Positions 56,746 to 64,000 of a stretch of 64,000 bases of DNA are shown one piece after another. The notes beneath the pieces are model-generated. The model was not told where the DNA came from, made no database searches, and saw only the letters and a list, made by a program, of their open reading frames with translations. Position 1 is the stretch's first letter. Each line of letters starts with the position of its first letter. Origin of the DNA: the human T2T-CHM13v2.0 reference genome, Homo sapiens. Made by a program: the position numbers and the translations under genes. The DNA lies in assembly GCF_009914755.1 (NCBI RefSeq), contig NC_060934.1. The stretch is one strand, 5' to 3'.

Positions 56746-58119
56746 TGATTTCCTCATGTGCCCACTGAGAAGGATGGCAACCTAGTGTCAGTCTGGCTGG
56801 TGCAGCACCCCACAGCCACTACCAATGAAAACTACAGCCTACACCTGAACTGTCTATACCAGCTGAAGAAATTCATCAAGTTCAATGCCTGACAGGAACA
56901 TCTCCTCCAGCTGACAACTTATGTTTGTTGTTCCATAATCCCTTCCTTATCGTTCTTTCAACATGGTTTTCTTCCAGTCAGGATCAAAGTGTCACCATTT
57001 TACAGATATTCTGGCCTGCTTCCCTGAGAAGGGGCAAAATGTTCACTCTCCAGGTTCATGTCAGTACTCCACAGACATTGACTCCATTTTACATTTAGTC
57101 TAACAGTAAAATCCTGAACGCATACTTAAAAAGAAACCTAAATTGAAATTATCACAAGATAATAGCACAGTATGTAACTCCGAGCTTTTCTCTACTTAAT
57201 GTTCTATTGACTTATATTAAAGCTGCTGTTTGCTAGTTTTCCAACCTCTGGGGAAAGATTTTCCATAAATGCAACTGGCTAAATGAGCATTAAAAATAAG
57301 TGAAATTTTGTTTCTTTACTGAAAAAAAAAACTATTATTTGTTAGATGTATTTAGACACTGTTTTAGATATGCCATGGGCAGAACTATATTAATCTCAGT
57401 GAAACAGAGTCAGTTTTCTTTTTCTAAATTACATATGTGCGAAATGAGTCTTAATAAAGCCACTGATTAAGTTTCTCTTTCCTATGAATGCATAGTCATT
57501 TATAGAAAATACAAACACTGGATGTTGTACTTCAGCACAAGTTACAACCCAAAATACAACATTGGGTGTTACAGTTCAGCACAAGTGACATCCTAAACAC
57601 AAAGAAGCTTAGAGACATTACTTTCACCGCTTACAGGGCACATTCATACACATCTTCTCAATCATTCTTACAACAATCTTGTGAGCTAAGGACTTGCAAC
57701 ATGAGAAAGCTAATATCATGGAAACAAAAGAAGAGAGAGACTAAGATGCCCAACAGCAATCCTTTCTCTACTCCAAAAATAGTTAATTCTGGATGATCTA
57801 AATCAATCTCACTTTACAGTTTATTTTTGTGGATACTATGTCTTCTAGCTTTGCTTTATTCGACAATAATAACATGTCATTTTCTCATGAACCTGAATTT
57901 AACAGCTCAACATTTTTCTCCACTACCTCATCTCTAACACAAAGTTCTTTCTTCCTAACTTTTTATTTTGAAAAATTTCAAACCTGCAGAACAGCTTCAA
58001 AACTAGTGTGATGAAGATACCCTTCATCTAGATTCACCAATCACCAACATTTTGGCATATTTGCTTTATATACATACACAAACGTGTATATGTGCAGGTA
58101 TAAAGCAAATATTTGTAAT

Positions 58120-58245
58120 ATACTTAATATAACATATATAGTTATATTAATATACTGAATATAACATATATAGTTATATTAATATACTGAATATAACATA
58201 TATAGTTATATTGAGTAATATACTGAATATAACATATATAACATT
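58120..58245. repeat. ~32-bp AT-rich minisatellite (aatataacatatatagttatattaatatactg)
   Basis: 3-4 tandem units. Confidence 0.88.
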
Positions 58246-58785
58246 TATTTTTATTATAAATGAATATTACCATACATGTTTTAGATAATTTACATGTATA
58301 AATGTGAACTGCTTGAAAGTTAGTAGCAAGCATTATGACAATTAAGTCATAAATGCTTCAACATGAATCTCCCAAAAACAAAAACATTCTCTTATATATG
58401 CATAATTATCACACTCAGGAAATTGACCATTGATACAATATCATTATCTATTATATAGTCCATTTTCAAATTTCCCCAAATGGACCAAGAAATGTCCTTG
58501 ATAGCTATTTCCCTGATCCAGGATGGGATCCAGGATCACATCCTACATTTAGATGTCATATCTCTTCAATCTCCTTTAAACAGCTCCCCAGCCTTTCTGG
58601 TCTATAATGACTGATATTTCCTAAGAGGATAACACCTCATTTGCGGATTTATCTAATTGTTTCCTCATGATTCGATTCAGGTGGAACATAGTGCAGAGGA
58701 ATGCTAAGTGATGGGCAGAGAATAAGTCAATGGGTAAATGATGTCAATTTGTTACTCTAGTAATGATGTTAAATTGTTTAAATTT

Positions 58786-59086
58786 AGCCAGGCACAGTGG
58801 CTTACACCTATAATCCCAGCAGTTTGGGAGGCTGATGCAGGAGGATCCCTTGAGACCAGAATTCGAAACCAGCCTGGCCTGGGCAATATAGGGAGACCCT
58901 GTCTCTACCAAAAATTTAAAAATTAGCCCTGCATGATGGCATGTGCCTATATCCCCAGCTACTCTGGAGGCTGAGATAGAAGGATTACCTAAGCCTAGGA
59001 GGTCAAGGCTACAGTGAGCTGTGATAGCACAACTGCACTCAAGCCTGGGCAACAGAGTGAGACTGTGTCTCAAAAAAAAAAAAAAA

Positions 59087-59088
<2 letters not shown>
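58786..59088 (+). mobile_element. Alu (AluJ-like) followed by (TA)n to 59118
   Basis: Dimeric Alu with A-tail. Confidence 0.9.
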
Positions 59089-59122
<34 letters not shown>

Positions 59123-60642
59123 TTGATCACTGGTTTAAAGTATTCCCCATCATAAAGGTGCATTTCATCTTTGTAACTAAGTAGTCCAAGGGTTGATACT
59201 TGGAGAATATTCTTCAACAATCTTTCACTCACTGATTTTAGCACCTGCTGGCCATTCTTACCTAGGTCACTTATTAATTACTAGGGCAGTCATAAAATAC
59301 CGGTTCTCTCTCCCATCATCCTTCTATATTTATTGGGGATTGGCACTCTTCAAAAGTATTTCATGACAGCAAAAAAAAAAAAAAAAAAAAAAACCCAGGA
59401 CCACCTATGCAAGAGTGTTAGAGTGAAGAAGTTCCCTGTGGAGAACTAAGCCCTGCTGAGGAAGAACACACGCCCAAGTGAGGTCTGAAGTCAGTGCTAA
59501 ATACACACAACTCTGCGTCGGCTGCTATGAAGATATGAAGACATTTTCCCTATGGTTAATCTGGTTCAAAGGAATTATTCCATTCTATTGTGTAAGCTGT
59601 GGATGTTTACCATATTCTTTGTCCCAAGATGATGATGGGATACTGGCACAGGATCTAAAGGAACTACATTTTCAGGCTTTATACAATAACTTCTGACTTC
59701 CTCCCTGGAGTAGAGAGGAGGCATCTGAAAACATCACACTGGGAACATTGGTCCTGACTGAAAACCCCAGGAGATCAATTCTAAAGTATGTTTGGCCCTG
59801 AAACTTTTTTTAACAGTATCTACCAAATGCCTTAAAATTATACTCTTTCATTCCTTATCTCAAATGGCTTCAGTTCAAAGAAGGAAATGGTATTTCTTTC
59901 CATCCCTTTCTATCTTGCTTATGGAGAGACAACCTGAGCCCTTAACACTGTATAACTGTATAAACTTAGGCTAATTGTCAGGGGATTGATCACTTTAATG
60001 TCACGGTCATGCCAATCCCCGTTCTTCCAAGGTTCAGTCCCTACCTCTTGAGTTCCATCCTACCAAAAATGTTGGTAAATAAAATCAAGATAATATTTAT
60101 TTTAGCTTAATTCAACAATCACAGTATAATTCATGAATACCCTGCCACCCTTGGACATCATTTTTAAGTGCTTAACTTTCTGCCTTCCAAGTTGTCATAG
60201 GAAAAGTCCAAATCAATGTATGCCTATCACGTGCACACTATATAATAGTAGAAATGCATTATGAAATAATTGTCTTATGAATCACTATCAAGTTAGAAAA
60301 TCCTAATCTTAGAATGAGTCGTAGAGAGCAAATCCAATCTCCTACCCAATGCTAGGCTCACAACTTCAGTATCTGAAATAGCGATGCCATCTCCGTTTAA
60401 ATGTCACCGGGGAAAGACAGCCCACAACACATGACAGTTAACTCCCCTAATTGACAGTAGCACATTAGACAGCCTGGAGATAGATGTGTTTTGCATGTAA
60501 ACCCACCAGGATACCAAAATGAAGTGATAGAAAATGCAAATTTGAAGATGCAAATTCCTTTCAATACTAAGCTTTTCTAAAACTTTGAAAGCAAAACGCT
60601 ATCAAAATTTGATATACCAATATTAAGGAAGTTAACAGGTAA

Positions 60643-61105
<463 letters not shown>

Positions 61106-61269
61106 TGACCTGAGAGTCTCACTTCATTTCCTTCTCTCCTCCATACTTGCTTTGCATATTTAGGCTCACTTGATTAAAAATCTCTCTATTCTTTTGATCT
61201 ACTCACAATCCAGAATAAGTGGCCATGGTGAGTGATAAATATAAAGATGTACAGATATGCAGAAATAGT

Positions 61270-61510
61270 CAATGATTTTGAGCCTGGGTGATTAGAAGAA
61301 GGGTACTATAAAAGGCAGAAAATGAGACTTAATCTGGTTGGGAGAGACAGAGTTTGGGTTTGGAGATCTGAAGTTTAGGATGGTGCAAAAATCCTCAGTG
61401 TCTGGGTAGCGGATCCAGAAGAGATATCTATTTGAGTCACCAGTAGAGATAGCAGTTGAAAATATGACAGATCAATTTCCTAAGGAAAAGGGAAATGAGA
61501 GAAAGAACAG
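61270..61510 (-). mobile_element. L2 fragment
   Basis: gattttgagcctgggtgattagaag...gagtttgggtttgg...gagtcaccagtagagatag. Confidence 0.55.
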
Positions 61511-63359
61511 CAGCAAAGACATCCACTTATACCCCCTTCAAGTATTCCCTCCTTGTATATGCCTTTATTTCCTAGTTTTCCTCCAGTGAATACTCTCATC
61601 TTCCTAAGTTCTGTAGGATCAAGAATCAGGGGTCCCACATATTTCCTTGTAGGCTGCTGGGGTCATAGAAGATACTCAGTAAAATCATTTTGGCTGGTTC
61701 TAATAACAAGCCAGAAATTTTTTTGAAATATCTCATATCAGTGGGATTTCATCCATGCTTAACACTTTCCCTGGACAATGAAGACTGCCTTCTACAGGTG
61801 GCCTGGAAAGTCACATATACTATCCCTTTGAGGTTGATACCAAAGGATGTCTATATAATAAATCCATGCAACTCTTAAAAATCCAGCAAGTGCCAAGATT
61901 CTCACTGTTCTAGATCTTACTCTGTACAAAGTCAAAGATAAATCTGTGCTTTTTGTCATTTTGGGACACTCCAGTGTATTTGCAAATATAAGTACTTGTG
62001 ATTTCATAATTTTCTTTCAATTTTGGCAAATAGACTAAACTACTTAAGCTAGCAACAATATAATTTGAGGATAATCGCTACTTCATATCTGTACAGAGAA
62101 CTGCATATTCTTAAAGTTCTTTATCATCAACTTTATTCATACACTGAAGATATCAGTAAAAAGCTCACTAAGTCTTTTATGTCACGAGAGCCCTGAGCTC
62201 AAGTCGTCCTGACCTTCCATAAATCCCCACCACTTAGTCCTTCTTTTTGAATTTACTGATGTTATTTCCCATGCCTGGAACTCTTCTTCTCCCCACCTGG
62301 CTCCCCTGTATCCAAATTATCCAAATTCTTCCTTCCCCTTCATATTGGCATCTTCAACTTCATCCAGTCTATAGTTCCCCTTCTCTGAATTCTGATGATC
62401 ATATATCATCAGAATATATATATATATATCATCTCAAACTAATATATTCATAAAATCTTCAACATATATAATTTTATATATTATATAAATATACATAATC
62501 TCCAATTGGTTGTATATGTATATGTATATCTCCAACCAATCTAACATTGAAGTTTGCTTATGTTATTTAGTAAATTTTTCATGTAAGTTCTTTTTTTTTT
62601 TTAATTTTTGTCTTCTAGAATGTACCAGTAATTTCTCTGAGGCCAATCCTCACCTGAGATACGTGTGTGTGTTCACTGGCACCAATCTATGACATTTTAT
62701 GCATACAGAAGGTAGACAATATTTGTAAACCACTGAAATACCTCTTGGTATTTGTAGAATTTCATATAATTCCTTATCTACTTGGCCATTGAGAAATGCT
62801 TTTAAATCATAATATTGCCTACTAGACCAACATAAATTCATTGTACTCATAACCCAATCCTTCAGGGAAGGTCCTATTTTGATTAAAAATGAAGGAGTAG
62901 GAGGAGGTAAAGCTTTTAGCATATTGATAGAACTGTTACTAATATTGTATTACTGTCCTTTATAATTTAAGGCAACATCACTAACAAAGATTAGGGAAAA
63001 GATCAATAAATTATGAGTTATTAATGCAGGAACGAAAAGAAATCCAATACCAAAGACATTGAAGCTAACAATATCTTCTCCTCCACTTGCTGAACCATTA
63101 TAATCAGGCCTGGGCCTTTTTTCCCTAGTAGAGGTGATAAATGCTTACAGAGTGGCAGTTTCTCCCTGAGCTGTCTAAAGACCCTAATGCAATGAAACCA
63201 ACCACTTCAGGCTCATTAGGGTCACTTTTAACAAGTTAAGCAGAACCCACCACCCAACCACATCAGGATTCAAAGTTTCAAAGAGGATGGGGAATGTAGA
63301 GTTTGGAAAAGAGCAATAAAAATGATCAGAAATAAATAGTCCAAAAGAAATAAAAACAA

Positions 63360-63668
63360 GGCCGAGCATAGTGGGTCATAGCTGGAATCGCAGCACTTTG
63401 GGAGGCTGAGGTGGGAGGATTGCTTGAAGGCTAGGAGTTTGAGACCAATCTCGGCAACATAGCAAGACCCCATTGTTACCAAAAATACACGTTTTAAAAA
63501 TTGGCCAGGCATGGTGCCATGCACCTGTAGTCCCAGCTACTCAGGAGACTGAGGCAGGAGGATGTTTGAGCCCAGAAGTTTGAGGCTGCAGTGAGTTACG
63601 ATCACAGGACTGTACTCCAGACTGTGAAGCAGAGCAAGACTACATCTCTAAAAAAGAAAAAGAAATAG
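63360..63668 (+). mobile_element. Alu (AluJ-like)
   Basis: TSD aaagaaataaaaaca/aaagaaatagaaaca. Confidence 0.92.
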
Positions 63669-63883
63669 AAACAGCACAGCCTGCATCAGTCTCCACTGAA
63701 GTGCAGTGTTGAGAGGTGACGGGGCAAGGCAGCACAAACACAGATCATGAAGGAAACATCTCAAAAGCAAGCCATAAGGAACAGTCCTATGGCGGCAAAG
63801 AAGAGACAGAATTGCTGAAAGCAATGCTAACATCTCTAATTCTTATGATGAATGGAATTCCAGAGTCTCTAGAAGCTCACAGG

Positions 63884-63939
63884 CACACACACGCACACAC
63901 ATGCACACATGCATATACACACACACACACACACACACA
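63884..63939. repeat. (CA)n microsatellite, interrupted
   Basis: CA tract. Confidence 0.92.
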
Positions 63940-64000
63940 GCCACTGTGCACATTCATTAGGTTGAAGCTACATTTGCTCATCACCAAGGGGTCCCATCAC

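Larger units (their letters stand above)
57955..59345 (-). mobile_element. L1MC/ME-like 3' fragment, interrupted by minisatellite and Alu
   Basis: ttttattttgaaaaatttcaaacc...ctagattcaccaat...gatccaggatcaca motifs. Confidence 0.65.

Noticed and set aside
58120-58245. CRISPR-like regular repeats
   Set aside because: No unique spacers, and eukaryotic context; a simple minisatellite.

Overview
Primate (very likely human) non-coding genomic DNA, intronic or intergenic. It is AT-rich and densely covered by interspersed repeats: about 30 Alus, plus L1, L2, MIR, MaLR LTRs and DNA-transposon MITEs. No intact protein-coding gene, RNA gene or CRISPR array is supportable; the long ORFs are decayed L1 ORF2 pieces, Alu-derived or chance. 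The main structure is a nested complex at ~41-56 kb. There an old minus-strand L1M element hosts a rearranged L1PA element (43886-48833, -) and a near full-length NPM1 processed pseudogene (49283-52550, +), and the pseudogene is itself split by a second L1PA (49604-51465, +; 17-bp TSD). The two L1PAs form a ~1.85-kb inverted repeat around a ~3.9-kb spacer. They share many private mutations, including frameshifts, and have an almost identical central tract, which points to gene conversion and a candidate recurrent inversion. Several fold-back/templated micro-insertions lie in the same complex. Other candidates are a Deu-domain SINE (AmnSINE1-like) at ~8.6-8.96 kb and a CpG-retaining element with an RFX box at ~38.8-39.2 kb. 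I found no new gene system. Repeat subfamily names come from remembered consensus sequences and need RepeatMasker/Dfam confirmation.
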